Source of the DNA: Methanomicrobiales archaeon
Lineage (GTDB): Archaea > Halobacteriota > Methanomicrobia > Methanomicrobiales > Methanospirillaceae
Reading direction: 5' to 3'
Assembly (NCBI GenBank): GCA_037137755.1
Contig: JBAXJR010000004.1
Location: 14,552 to 78,551, forward strand
Length of the DNA stretch: 64,000 nucleotides
Shown here: in pieces, positions 40,679-50,347 of the stretch
How the letters are laid out: each line of letters starts with the position of its first letter
How positions within the stretch are numbered: position 1 is the first letter of the stretch
Made by a program: the position numbers and the translations under genes
The notes under the pieces: model-generated
Told to the model about the DNA's origin: nothing
Databases searched by the model: none
Seen by the model: the letters and a program-made list of their open reading frames with translations, nothing else

Positions 40679-41596
40679 TTACAAATGGATTATCTCCGGG
40701 GACTGATCTCCGGATGAAGTGGTGGGGGCCGGGTCTAAGTTTTTAATCCTCCGCAGGGCACATTCGCAGTAATCTTCCGAAATATCGATGCCAATAAACC
40801 GTCTCCCCAGTTTCCAAGCGACGAGCGATGTTGTCCCGGCGCCGTTGAACGGGTCCAGGACAATATCTCCCTGGTATGAGAAGAGTTTCATCAGCCGTTT
40901 CGGTAATTCCTCCGGGAACATTGCAGGATGACCGTAATCTTTCATCCGGATTTCCGGGGGAAATGACCATTTTCCGATTACCCATTCTTTGAACTCTGTA
41001 TCGGTAATATCGATCCGTTCCCTGTCCCCCGCTTTTTTATGGGTCTCCTTGTCAAACACCTCGATAAATTCCCAGGTGTACTTCAGGTATGGCATTGAAG
41101 GTGACTTCCAACTCCCCCATGCCGTGTATTTCGCGTTATAATTATTTTTCTCCCACAATATCTCGGCCTTCCAGAGGAAACCAAGGGTCATGAGCTGGTT
41201 GGAAATTACGTGGTGTGTCGGGATATAGTCTGAGAACAGCGGCTGGACATTGACGGTCATTCGGCCACCGGGTTTCAGCAGACGGTAGCACTCGGCCCAG
41301 ATCCCGTTAAGGGTCTTGAAATATTCATTCCATTCCCGGGTATCATCACGTTCGTCCTGGGCATAGGCATGTCCGAAATTATAGGGTGGTGAGGTGATCA
41401 CGATATCGATGCACCGGTCAGGCATGGACCGTAATGCATGAAGTGCATCACCACAGATTATCCGGTTCACGTACCTTGCGATTTCCGGGGGATCCGGGGA
41501 CACAATCAGGTCTTTTCTGGATCCCGTACCCCTCCTGATCTTTGCTTTACCCGGTTTGTCCTGCACCTTGTCGGTTCTCCCGTTCAGAGGGACCAT
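40679..41596 (-). CDS. DNA methyltransferase, beta-class N4/N6 type (SPPY motif)
   Basis: Motif IV, IVITSPPYNF, comes before motif I, VLDPFNGAGTTSLVA, which is the beta-class order. SPPY favours N4-cytosine, but N6-adenine is not excluded. Confidence 0.8.
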   Translation of the reverse strand: MVPLNGRTDKVQDKPGKAKIRRGTGSRKDLIVSPDPPEIARYVNRIICGDALHALRSMPDRCIDIVITSPPYNFGHAYAQDERDDTREWNEYFKTLNGIWAECYRLLKPGGRMTVNVQPLFSDYIPTHHVISNQLMTLGFLWKAEILWEKNNYNAKYTAWGSWKSPSMPYLKYTWEFIEVFDKETHKKAGDRERIDITDTEFKEWVIGKWSFPPEIRMKDYGHPAMFPEELPKRLMKLFSYQGDIVLDPFNGAGTTSLVAWKLGRRFIGIDISEDYCECALRRIKNLDPAPTTSSGDQSPEIIHL

Positions 41597-41806
41597 TTAC
41601 TGTATATAATCGCTTATTACGGTTATATTCTCTCGTCTAACCCGCAAGGGGTGTAATTACCTGGATACGGGAGACCCCTTACTACGTTGTGGCAGCCCCT
41701 AAGGAACCGGAATCAGCCGGAATCTGTATCAGGGATAAATCATCTGGATTAGCTCTTTGAAAAGCGTTTAATGGTTCGGTTGCCATACACTCTACCTGAC
41801 TTGATT

Positions 41807-42538
41807 ATGCTCGATATTGAAGATCTCCATGTGAGGGTAGGGGACCGGGAAGTCCTCCATGATGTCAACCTCCGGATAAAGGAAGGTGAGACCCATGTGC
41901 TCATGGGGCCGAACGGCTCAGGGAAGAGTACATTGCTTATGACAATAATGGGTTTTGCAAACTACACGGTCACAAAGGGGAGAATATCATTCAAAGATCA
42001 GGATATTACCCACCTTCCGATTCACGAACGGGCAAAACTCGGCATAGGAATTATGTTCCAGAGGCCGCCTACCATATCCGGCCTGAAACTTGGAAAACTT
42101 CTTGTTGCGACATCGGGCAATAAAACAGAAGAGGTCAATGAGTACGCGAAAAAGATGCATATGGACCGGTTCCTCGAGCGGGATATCAATAAGGGTTTTT
42201 CCGGCGGGGAGATCAAGAGGAGCGAGGTACTCCAGCTGATGGTGCAGAAACCGGACTTCGTTATGCTCGATGAACCCGAAAGTGGTGTCGACCTGGAAAA
42301 TATTACCCTGATAGGGGCTGCCATAGGGGGCCTTCTTGAGAAAGAATCCCACCTGATGAAGCGGAAAAAAAGCGGGCTTGTCATTACACATACCGGGTAT
42401 ATCCTCGATTATCTTGACGCGGATAAGGGCCATGTCATGTGCGACGGGGAGATCCGGTGTCATGGTAACCCGAGAGAGATCCTAAAAGATATCAAAGCAC
42501 GTGGTTACAAGGAGTGTCTCGAATGCCGGCAGAACTAG
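41807..42538 (+). CDS. sufC: Fe-S cluster assembly ATPase SufC
   Basis: GPNGSGKST Walker A, FSGGEIKR signature and MLDEPESG Walker B. Start set to the Met at 41807. Confidence 0.9.
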   Translation: MLDIEDLHVRVGDREVLHDVNLRIKEGETHVLMGPNGSGKSTLLMTIMGFANYTVTKGRISFKDQDITHLPIHERAKLGIGIMFQRPPTISGLKLGKLLVATSGNKTEEVNEYAKKMHMDRFLERDINKGFSGGEIKRSEVLQLMVQKPDFVMLDEPESGVDLENITLIGAAIGGLLEKESHLMKRKKSGLVITHTGYILDYLDADKGHVMCDGEIRCHGNPREILKDIKARGYKECLECRQN

Positions 42539-43641
42539 GGAGAGATCTTGGTCTTTCAGCGGAAGACAGGGAACGCCTGGCCCAGTCAGGAATTGACCTT
42601 CACATGGGTAACCGGTGTGGCAGCTATATCCAGATGAACCAGGATGTTGTTCAGGAGAGTTGCGTTGAAGAGGGTATTGAAGTCCTCTCCATCGGGAACG
42701 CCCTGAAAAAGTACGAATGGATAAAGGATTATGTCTGGAATCTGGTACCGAAGGATAAGGATGAATATACCAGGTATGTTGGAGAAGCCACTGATCCGAA
42801 AGGTTACGTAATTATCGCCCGCAAAGGTAGCAAAAATATCCTGCCTGTTCAGGCATGTCTCTATCTCGGCCGGGAAAAAATCCAGCATGTCCATAATATT
42901 ATCATTGCAGAGGAGGGCTCTGAACTGCATATCGTGTCCGGCTGTGCAAGTGGCCAGCATGTGGGAAAAGGCGGGGCACACTATGGTATCAGCGAATTTT
43001 ACGTGGGAAAAAATGCAAAGATCAGTTTTACCATGATCCATACCTGGGGGGAAGATATCGATGTTTATCCCCGGAGTGCCGCAAAAATAGAGGAAAATGG
43101 GGTATTCTTATCGAATTATGTCTGCATGAAACCAGTACACAAAGTCCAGATGTACCCTACCGCTCACCTGGTCGGGGAGAATTCAGTAGCGAGGTTTAGC
43201 AGCGTTGTCATCGCGACGCCGGGCTCACACCTCGACTTAGGCTCCCGTGCAATCCTTGGTGCGAAGGGCGCAAGCGCTGAACTGGTTACCCGTGCGATCA
43301 CCAAGGGTGGTACGATCATCTCCCGCGGCCATATCCTCGGGAAAACCGAGGGGACCAAAGGCCATCTTGAATGTAAAGGGCTGATCCTGAAAGACGGGAC
43401 AATTTATGCTATCCCTGAAATAGAAGGGACCGTTGTCGGGACAGAACTCTCCCACGAGGCAGCGGTTGGAAAAATTGCAAGGGATGAAATCGAATACCTG
43501 ATGGCCAGGGGACTTGATGAGGAGTCCGCGACTGCAACAATCATCAGGGGTTTCCTCGATGTCAAGATTGCCGGGCTACCGGACGCACTCCAGAAACAGA
43601 TAGATGCGGCCATCGATGTCGCGGAAAAGGCCGGTTTCTGA
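42523..43641 (+). CDS. sufB: Fe-S cluster assembly protein SufB/SufD family
   Basis: The C-terminal beta-helix region and HEAAVGKIARDEIEYLMARGL are typical of SufB/D. Overlaps the sufC end. Confidence 0.85.
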   Translation: MPAELGRDLGLSAEDRERLAQSGIDLHMGNRCGSYIQMNQDVVQESCVEEGIEVLSIGNALKKYEWIKDYVWNLVPKDKDEYTRYVGEATDPKGYVIIARKGSKNILPVQACLYLGREKIQHVHNIIIAEEGSELHIVSGCASGQHVGKGGAHYGISEFYVGKNAKISFTMIHTWGEDIDVYPRSAAKIEENGVFLSNYVCMKPVHKVQMYPTAHLVGENSVARFSSVVIATPGSHLDLGSRAILGAKGASAELVTRAITKGGTIISRGHILGKTEGTKGHLECKGLILKDGTIYAIPEIEGTVVGTELSHEAAVGKIARDEIEYLMARGLDEESATATIIRGFLDVKIAGLPDALQKQIDAAIDVAEKAGF

Positions 43642-43676
43642 GCCTGCGGAGAAGAAGGAGGACGAGGAAAAAAACG

Positions 43677-44327
43677 ATGTCTGAGAACTTTCGGACAGAA
43701 GAACGTCATCGGATGGTCCGGGACCAGGTCGAAGCCCGGGGTGTTGAAGACAGGAGGGTGCTTGATGCGATGCGGGAAATACCCCGGCACCTTTTCGTCC
43801 CCGATGACTTCGGGGTCGCTGCATACCATGACCGTCCTCTCCCGATCGGCAGTGGGCAGACAATATCCCAGCCCTATATTGTAGGGCTGATGACTTCCCT
43901 GCTCGAATTGAAACAAAATGACAAGGTACTCGAAATCGGGGCCGGGAGCGGGTACCAGGCCGCCATCCTTTCAAAGCTTGCCCGGATTGTGGTATCCGTA
44001 GAACGGCTGCCGGAAATTGCGACGAAAGCAAAGGGTATGATGCAACGTCTTGGAATTTCCAATGTAAACGTGGTGGTGGGAGATGGTACCCTGGGTTACC
44101 CCCCGGATGCCCCTTATAACGGGATTATCATCACTGCTGCGTCACCGGATATACCACCACCGCTGATAGATCAACTGGCAGATAAGGGGAGACTGGTCGC
44201 ACCTGTAGGATCGCGTGACCTGCAACAGCTTGTCAGGATTAGAAAGCAGGGTGACCTGATCAGCCGTGAAACGTTTGGTGGTGTGGTGTTTGTACCCCTG
44301 TTAGGTTGCCATGGCTGGCAGGAATGA
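43677..44327 (+). CDS. pcm: Protein-L-isoaspartate O-methyltransferase
   Basis: QTISQPYIV and VLEIGAGSGYQAAIL motifs. Confidence 0.9.
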   Translation: MSENFRTEERHRMVRDQVEARGVEDRRVLDAMREIPRHLFVPDDFGVAAYHDRPLPIGSGQTISQPYIVGLMTSLLELKQNDKVLEIGAGSGYQAAILSKLARIVVSVERLPEIATKAKGMMQRLGISNVNVVVGDGTLGYPPDAPYNGIIITAASPDIPPPLIDQLADKGRLVAPVGSRDLQQLVRIRKQGDLISRETFGGVVFVPLLGCHGWQE

Positions 44328-44331
44328 TAGC

Positions 44332-44964
44332 ATGAAAGCGTTCTACGATATAACCCATGAATTATCTGAAGAGACCCCGGTATATCCCGGGGATATTGAA
44401 CCCCGATTTTTCCCTGAGGATTGCGGGCAATACCTGCTGACCGGGCTTCGGATGAGTACGCACTCCGGAACACATATCGATGCTCCATCTCACTACCTGA
44501 AAAACGATGAGAGTATTGACCGGATCCCTGTCGCTGCGCTGATCGGGCCGTGCAGGGTGCTCGACCTATCTGACGTAGCAGGGGAAATTTCCGGGGACGA
44601 TCTGAAAGGCAGGATCGATGGAGTCTCACGGATATTATTAAAAACCGGGTGTAATTTTTGCGGGAGGTTTGATCCTGGATACACCGGCCTCGGTATATCT
44701 GCAGCACGAGCAATCTCGGCAAGGGGAATAATTGCTGTCGGCATCGATTCCCCGTCCATCGAAAAATTTCATGGGACAGGGGAGGTACACCTCGAGCTCC
44801 TGGGAAAGGGAATCGTGGTGATGGAGTTTCTTGACCTTGAACAGGTCCCCGAAGGCGATTACCAGATGGTTGCCCTGCCCCTTCGTCTCCGTGGACTTGA
44901 TGGATCCCCTGCGCGAGTGATACTTTACGACTCCGGGTTGCCGGACAACAAAATATTCCACTGA
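44332..44964 (+). CDS. Cyclase-family protein (kynurenine formamidase-like metal hydrolase)
   Basis: HSGTHIDAPSHY motif. The start at 44332 lies 4 nt after the pcm stop; the track start at 44311 would overlap pcm. Confidence 0.7.
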   Translation: MKAFYDITHELSEETPVYPGDIEPRFFPEDCGQYLLTGLRMSTHSGTHIDAPSHYLKNDESIDRIPVAALIGPCRVLDLSDVAGEISGDDLKGRIDGVSRILLKTGCNFCGRFDPGYTGLGISAARAISARGIIAVGIDSPSIEKFHGTGEVHLELLGKGIVVMEFLDLEQVPEGDYQMVALPLRLRGLDGSPARVILYDSGLPDNKIFH

Positions 44965-44988
44965 AAAATGGTACGAAGGTGAAACAAA

Positions 44989-45594
44989 ATGGGTGTTATT
45001 GAAGAATCGGTCCATCTCCTGGAAGAGCAAATCCAGGGTTCAGGCTGCGAAGACGGGATAGTAAATCTCCGTGTCGATCCTGATAGTACTAAATGCCCGT
45101 ATGAGCATGGTGTGTGCATGGTGGCGACATTTGGTGGAAAATCAGCAGAATTTGTCACCAGTGACCCGACACGGGCAACGACGAAACTATCGTTTATGTT
45201 CGGGGCAACATTTGAAAATCCACGGATAAGGGCTGCGGCCTGCGCGATAATCAATGCCCTGACCGGATTTCTCTGCATTAACCGGATCAGCCACTCGTGC
45301 TCTCCCGGGTGCCACCAGCCATGCCTGGCTGAGTTGAAAGAAAAGATAAACGGACGTACTGTCTCCCTAATCGGCTCCTCTCCCGGACTGGAAATGGAGT
45401 TGAAGGCATTTTTTGTAGAAAAGATGGAAGATGCTGAGGTTATCGTTATAAACGGGGATGGCCTGGTATCCGATGTGGCTGTCCGGTCAATTACCTGCCC
45501 GTATCCCGGCAAGGAAATATTTTTTATCGGCCCCTCAACATCCGGGGTGGCGGGCATGAAAAAAATCCAGCATTGGTGCCCGTACGGGAGATGA
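44989..45594 (+). CDS. Hypothetical Cys-rich protein
   Basis: 201-aa ORF co-directional with its upstream neighbours. It contains CPYEHGVC, HSCSPGCHQPC, CPYPG and HWCPYG. I recognise no family. Confidence 0.5.
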   Translation: MGVIEESVHLLEEQIQGSGCEDGIVNLRVDPDSTKCPYEHGVCMVATFGGKSAEFVTSDPTRATTKLSFMFGATFENPRIRAAACAIINALTGFLCINRISHSCSPGCHQPCLAELKEKINGRTVSLIGSSPGLEMELKAFFVEKMEDAEVIVINGDGLVSDVAVRSITCPYPGKEIFFIGPSTSGVAGMKKIQHWCPYGR

Positions 45595-45842
45595 CGACTT
45601 TTTTCGCTGGAAGACCGTATTTATTGAAAAATAATTGCAATATCGGCGGGTTAATATCGGGACAGATATCGAAAGAGATTATGGTCGGGTTTCAAAAAGG
45701 AAACCAAAAAATTCATGCGACGTTCGCCCACATTAGTATTAAAAACCCGTGATTCATTTGCGAGTAACGAAAAATGGTGATTTCCCCCCACTTTTCAGAG
45801 TAAGTACAGAATGTTCGAATATTTGGATAACATGACCCGATA

Positions 45843-47015
45843 ATGAAAATAGACGCCCGCGTTCAGAAAGTAGTAATCCTTGGCCCCTCCCTAAGATTTC
45901 TCTCCGGTATCAGCTATGTTACCCTGCTTCTTTCGAATTCTCTGGCAGATTATTTTAGCGTTACTGCGCTATTGTTCCGGAATATGCTCCCGAAAAAACT
46001 TTTCCCGGGATATAAAAGGGTTGGAGAAACCCTGGCAGATTGTAGTTACCGGCAAGATATAACTGTGGTTGAGTTGCTCGACTGGTATAATCCCCTTACA
46101 TGGGTACAGGCCTCAAAATATATTCGCCGGGGTGACGTGATTATTTTCCAGTGGTGGACCTCAAGTGTTGCTCACATGTATCTTGCAATTGCGCTCATGA
46201 ATATGAAGAAAAAGCCGATAGTAATCGAATTTCACGAGATAGTTGATCCTCTGGAACACGGCTTTTTTGTTCTTCGCCTTTATTCAAAAATTATGGGGAC
46301 CCTGATACGGCGTCTGGCAACATTTTATATTGTACATTCAGAGATCGATCGACAATTAATCAGTTCACATTATGAGATAGATCTCAGCAGAGTCCGGGTA
46401 ATCCCGATTGGACTTTTTGATCAATATAAGAAAATTGACAGGGGCCTGGCAAAAGACCATCTTGGGATCAGGGAACCAAATGTTATTCTCTTCTTTGGAC
46501 TGGTTCGTCCCTATAAAGGTGTTAAATATCTGGTCGAAGCCTTCGAAAGGCTTCCACCCGGTTTCATCCAGGAATCACGCCTGTTAATAGTCGGGGAAGC
46601 ATGGGAAGATAAGGAATTGGGGAAAATCATCGAGAGATCCCCTGTTAGATCTCATATCTCCCTTATTGATCGATATATTGGGGACTCCGAAATCCCACTT
46701 TATTTTTCTGCAGCGGATGCACTGGTAATGCCCTATATTAGGGCTTCCCAGAGTGGAGTTGCCCATATTGGTATGGAATTTGGAATTCCAATCATTGCAA
46801 CGCGGGTTGGTGGGCTTGAGGAGAGCCTTGGGAAGTATGAAGGAACATATTTTATCAATCCTATGGATCCCGATGAACTCGCAAGGGTTATCGAGCAAAC
46901 ATTATCAGACAAAAAACTATTCGAGCCGCCGGGAGAATTGAGATGGGATGTGATTGCAGGACAATGGAACGATCTTATCAAAAACCTCCAAAGCGATAAA
47001 TATCGGGAAGAATGA
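45843..47015 (+). CDS. Glycosyltransferase, GT4-like (GT-B fold)
   Basis: C-terminal domain FFGLVRPYKGV, LLIVGE, SQSGVAHIGMEFGIPIIATRVGGLEE. Confidence 0.8.
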   Translation: MKIDARVQKVVILGPSLRFLSGISYVTLLLSNSLADYFSVTALLFRNMLPKKLFPGYKRVGETLADCSYRQDITVVELLDWYNPLTWVQASKYIRRGDVIIFQWWTSSVAHMYLAIALMNMKKKPIVIEFHEIVDPLEHGFFVLRLYSKIMGTLIRRLATFYIVHSEIDRQLISSHYEIDLSRVRVIPIGLFDQYKKIDRGLAKDHLGIREPNVILFFGLVRPYKGVKYLVEAFERLPPGFIQESRLLIVGEAWEDKELGKIIERSPVRSHISLIDRYIGDSEIPLYFSAADALVMPYIRASQSGVAHIGMEFGIPIIATRVGGLEESLGKYEGTYFINPMDPDELARVIEQTLSDKKLFEPPGELRWDVIAGQWNDLIKNLQSDKYREE

Positions 47016-47395
47016 AAACACTGCGATAATCGGTATCGAGGCCGGGGATAAAAAGATCTCCAGATGCTACTTGTGTTGGATGGCTGACAATTATTCAAAT
47101 TCATTGTTTCGATTGTTCATTTTTACAAATGAATGCTCGAATCAGACAAAAATGTCTGATTATCCTGAATTTTTAAAAACCATTACCCGGTTTGCTGTAT
47201 TTTATCGTAGGCACATTTTGGTAACGCGATCCTGGCAAATTCTGTAAATTAAACCGCCACAAAATCTTATCTCCCCTCTTCCACAGGTCGTATGTTAAAA
47301 ATAATATTTTTTTGAATTGCTTACTGACGAAGGTAAGTGATATCATGCAACATTTGATATTGGGGTTGTATAACACCTTATCAGGTGATCGCACA

Positions 47396-47689
47396 ATGGT
47401 TGGAGGAGTAATAGAGGCAGGGATGCGGGTCCGTTATACAGGGACAGGGACCACGGGGACCATAGTCAGGTTCGAACGACAGGAGGGAAAAGAATTTGCA
47501 GAACTCGATTCAACACACCTCCTTTACCTGACTGACAAACTAGTCCCGGCGGAGGCTGGAACTGAAAAGAAATACCAGAAAAAGGAAGATATTAAGAAAA
47601 CAATTGAAGAAGAAAGAGAGTTTATTTCAGGCTCTGCATTCCAGGAATCCCTCAAAAATATTGACCAGAGCTGCGAAGGCGGCGGGTAA
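47396..47689 (+). CDS. Small conserved archaeal protein (DUF2098-like, from recollection)
   Basis: Start chosen at the ATG at 47396, preceded by GGTGA 8 nt upstream. RVRYTGTGTTGTIV...AELDSTHLLY is followed by a Lys/Glu-rich tail. Confidence 0.4.
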   Translation: MVGGVIEAGMRVRYTGTGTTGTIVRFERQEGKEFAELDSTHLLYLTDKLVPAEAGTEKKYQKKEDIKKTIEEEREFISGSAFQESLKNIDQSCEGGG

Positions 47690-47947
47690 TATTATTTTTA
47701 GGTTTTTCCATCCCGGACAACCCCTTGCCTGTAGTCTGGACACTTCAGTTGATTTTTCTCTCTTCTGAACTTTCCGGTGGGATGATCACTAGTAACCCGC
47801 AATTTGTAAATCAGGATTGATTCGGACAAATCCGGCAGGAATAACGTGAATTTTTTTGTCTTCCGAAAGCGCCTAAAAAACGAATTGGTTTTACTGATTA
47901 CGTATAAGTAGGATCATTATATATTCAATAGGGAGGTTTGATCACAT

Positions 47948-49183
47948 TTGCGTGATGTAACAATTCCAAGTGTCAACATAGGGGTTGTCGGACATGTGGA
48001 CCATGGAAAGACAACTCTGGTGTACGGGCTAACTGACACCTGGACGGATCGGCATAGCGAAGAAATTAAGCGCGGTATCTCGATCCGTCTCGGATATGCA
48101 GATGTGACGTTCTATAAATGTCCCGGTTGCGAAGGGCCGGACGCATTTTCTCCAAAGCCGGTATGTACGGTATGCGGGTCTAAAGCGGTACCATTCCGCT
48201 CTGTTTCGTTTGTCGATGCACCGGGCCATGAGACCCTGATGGCGACCATGCTTTCCGGGTCAGCACTGATGGATGGTGCAATGCTCGTTATTGCTGCAAA
48301 CGAGGTATGCCCGCAGCCACAGACGAAAGAGCACCTCATGGCGCTTGAGCTGGTGGGAATTAAGAACATAGTCATAGTCCAGAACAAGATCGATGTGGTC
48401 AGTGCCAAAGAGGCAAGGGCCCATTATGACCAGATAAAAAAATTCATCAAGGGTACAATCGCTGAAAATGCCCCCATCATTCCTGTATCTGCCCAGAAAG
48501 GCATTAACATCGGGGCACTAGTTGAAGCGCTGGACCAGACCATTCCCGAACCGGATCGTGACCCCGAAGCAAAGCCGATGATGCTGATTGCACGGTCCTT
48601 TGATATAAATAAACCCGGGTGTAACTGGAAAGAAGTAAAGGGCGGGGTTATCGGGGGTTCACTTATCCGAGGTGAATTCAAGGAGGGTGATGATATCGAA
48701 ATCCGCCCCGGCCGGCAGAAACAGGTCGAGAACCGGATACGATGGGACCCGATTGAAACAAAAATCACCTCGATTAACGCCGGCTCAAAGAAAGTGCTGG
48801 AGGCATCCCCCGGCGGGCTTCTCGGAATTGCCACCAAGTTAGACCCTGCCCTTACGAAAAGCGATGCGCTTGCAGGACAGGTCGCAGGTCATGTGGGTTC
48901 ACTGCCCCCGGTCTGGGATAAATTAAAATTCCGGGTTATGCTAATGGAGCGTGTTGTAGGGGCATCGAACGAGTTAACGATTGAACCATTAAAGCACAAC
49001 GAACCACTGATGCTATCAGTTGGAACTGCTGTGACCGTCGGTGTCGTGACCAATACCAAGAAAGACGCGGTTGAAGTGACCCTGAAGAGGCCCGTATGTG
49101 CAGAGCTGGGTGGAAGAATTGCGATTAGCCGGCAGGTGGGGGCAAGATGGCGGTTGATCGGGATGGGAATCCTCACCGAGTGA
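47948..49183 (+). CDS. eif2g: Translation initiation factor aIF2 gamma subunit
   Basis: GHVDHGKTTL, DAPGHE and NKID GTPase motifs plus the zinc knuckle CPGC...CTVCG. TTG start, preceded by GGAGGT at 47932-47937. Confidence 0.95.
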   Translation: MRDVTIPSVNIGVVGHVDHGKTTLVYGLTDTWTDRHSEEIKRGISIRLGYADVTFYKCPGCEGPDAFSPKPVCTVCGSKAVPFRSVSFVDAPGHETLMATMLSGSALMDGAMLVIAANEVCPQPQTKEHLMALELVGIKNIVIVQNKIDVVSAKEARAHYDQIKKFIKGTIAENAPIIPVSAQKGINIGALVEALDQTIPEPDRDPEAKPMMLIARSFDINKPGCNWKEVKGGVIGGSLIRGEFKEGDDIEIRPGRQKQVENRIRWDPIETKITSINAGSKKVLEASPGGLLGIATKLDPALTKSDALAGQVAGHVGSLPPVWDKLKFRVMLMERVVGASNELTIEPLKHNEPLMLSVGTAVTVGVVTNTKKDAVEVTLKRPVCAELGGRIAISRQVGARWRLIGMGILTE

Positions 49184-49560
49184 CCGTCCTCCTGGATACC
49201 AATGCGCTTATGATGCCATCGCAGTTCAGGATAGACCTCTTTGAAGAGCTAAGGGATCTCCTTGGCTCCTATGAACCGGTTGTCCTTGCCGAAGTGGTGG
49301 AGGAACTGAAGCGCCTGTCCGCAGGACATGGAAGAGATGCCGCGGCTGCAAGGCTGGGCCTCGAAATGTCCCGGAAGTGCACTATCGTGGAGAGTGGTTC
49401 AGGCGAAGGTACCGTGGATGAACGGATTTCAGGTTATGCCGGACAACACGGGGGCATGGTCCTGACAAATGACCGCGCACTCCGGAACCAGCTGCTCACT
49501 CAAAAAATTCCGGTAATATCACTAAAAAATCAGAAAAAACTCGGTGTAATAAGGAGATAA
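49147..49560 (+). CDS. PIN-domain protein conserved downstream of aIF2 gamma
   Basis: VLLDTNALMMP and VLTNDRALR acidic PIN motifs. The start may be the GTG at 49180, which overlaps the eif2g stop. Confidence 0.75.
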   Translation: MAVDRDGNPHRVTVLLDTNALMMPSQFRIDLFEELRDLLGSYEPVVLAEVVEELKRLSAGHGRDAAAARLGLEMSRKCTIVESGSGEGTVDERISGYAGQHGGMVLTNDRALRNQLLTQKIPVISLKNQKKLGVIRR

Positions 49561-49566
49561 TGGATT

Positions 49567-50154
49567 ATGTATTACAGGATGAAGCTTAGCGATAAGGTGA
49601 GAGTACCTCCTCACCGTCTTGGCGAAGCACTTGATAAGGTAATTCTCGATGTCCTCCAGGAACAGCTCGAGGGCAGTATTGACAAGGAGATAGGGATCTT
49701 TATCGGCGTTACGAAAGTGCTGACAATCGGGGAAGGGGAAATAATTCCCGGAGATGGTGCAGTATTTTACGACGTAGATTTTGAGGCACTGGTCCTCAGG
49801 CTGTCACTCCAGGAGGTCATGGAGGGACTTGTTGTCGAGACAACCAGTTTTGGTGCATTTGTAAGCCTTGGGCCAATCGATGCGATGCTCCACGTCAGCC
49901 AGATTTCAGACGAATATATCAGCTTTGACGAGAAGAATTCACGGCTGATCTGCCAGGAATCCAAGAGATTTATTGCAGTCGGTGAACCCATCCGGAGTCG
50001 TGTGGTAACGCTCAGCCTCAACGAGAGAGAGCCGAGGGATAGCAAGATAGGGCTTACGATGAGACAGTCAGGTCTGGGTACCGGTGTATGGCTTGAAGAC
50101 GATATGAACAAGGAGAAAGAGAAGGAAAAGGGTGGGGAACGTGGTAGCCAGTAG
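49567..50154 (+). CDS. rpoE: DNA-directed RNA polymerase subunit E' (Rpo7)
   Basis: N-terminal Rpb7-like domain plus an S1 domain (GLVVETTSFGAFVSLGPIDAMLHVSQ). Confidence 0.9.
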   Translation: MYYRMKLSDKVRVPPHRLGEALDKVILDVLQEQLEGSIDKEIGIFIGVTKVLTIGEGEIIPGDGAVFYDVDFEALVLRLSLQEVMEGLVVETTSFGAFVSLGPIDAMLHVSQISDEYISFDEKNSRLICQESKRFIAVGEPIRSRVVTLSLNEREPRDSKIGLTMRQSGLGTGVWLEDDMNKEKEKEKGGERGSQ

Positions 50155-50347
50155 CCGGAAAAAGCAGGGTCGTGTATGCCGCGAATGCCACCGGGTCGTC
50201 GAAGGGGAAGCATGTGCAGTGTGCGGGTCAGGGAACCTGAGTACCGACTGGACTGGTTACCTTGTCATTATTGACCCGGAACGGTCAGAGATCTCCAAAA
50301 AGATGAATATCAAGCTGCCCGGGAAATACGCGTTGAAGGTCAGGTAA
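50132..50347 (+). CDS. spt4: Transcription elongation factor Spt4 (RpoE'')
   Basis: Zinc ribbon CRECHRVVEGEACAVCG followed by WTGYLVIIDP. GTG start at 50132 or 50141. Confidence 0.85.
   Translation: MGNVVASSRKKQGRVCRECHRVVEGEACAVCGSGNLSTDWTGYLVIIDPERSEISKKMNIKLPGKYALKVR

Noticed and set aside
47141-47160. Perfect hairpin ATCAGACA-aaaa-TGTCTGAT in the spacer after the glycosyltransferase gene
   Set aside because: An 8-bp stem with a small loop is expected by chance about once per loop length in 64 kb. It lies 125 nt past the stop and is not followed directly by a T-run, so it is not a convincing terminator.
46954-47394. Track ORFs 46954..47247(+) and 47173..47394(-) in the spacer after the glycosyltransferase gene
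   Set aside because: They overlap each other and the end of the glycosyltransferase gene, and they show no recognisable domains. I kept them only as a note under the A/T-rich segment finding.
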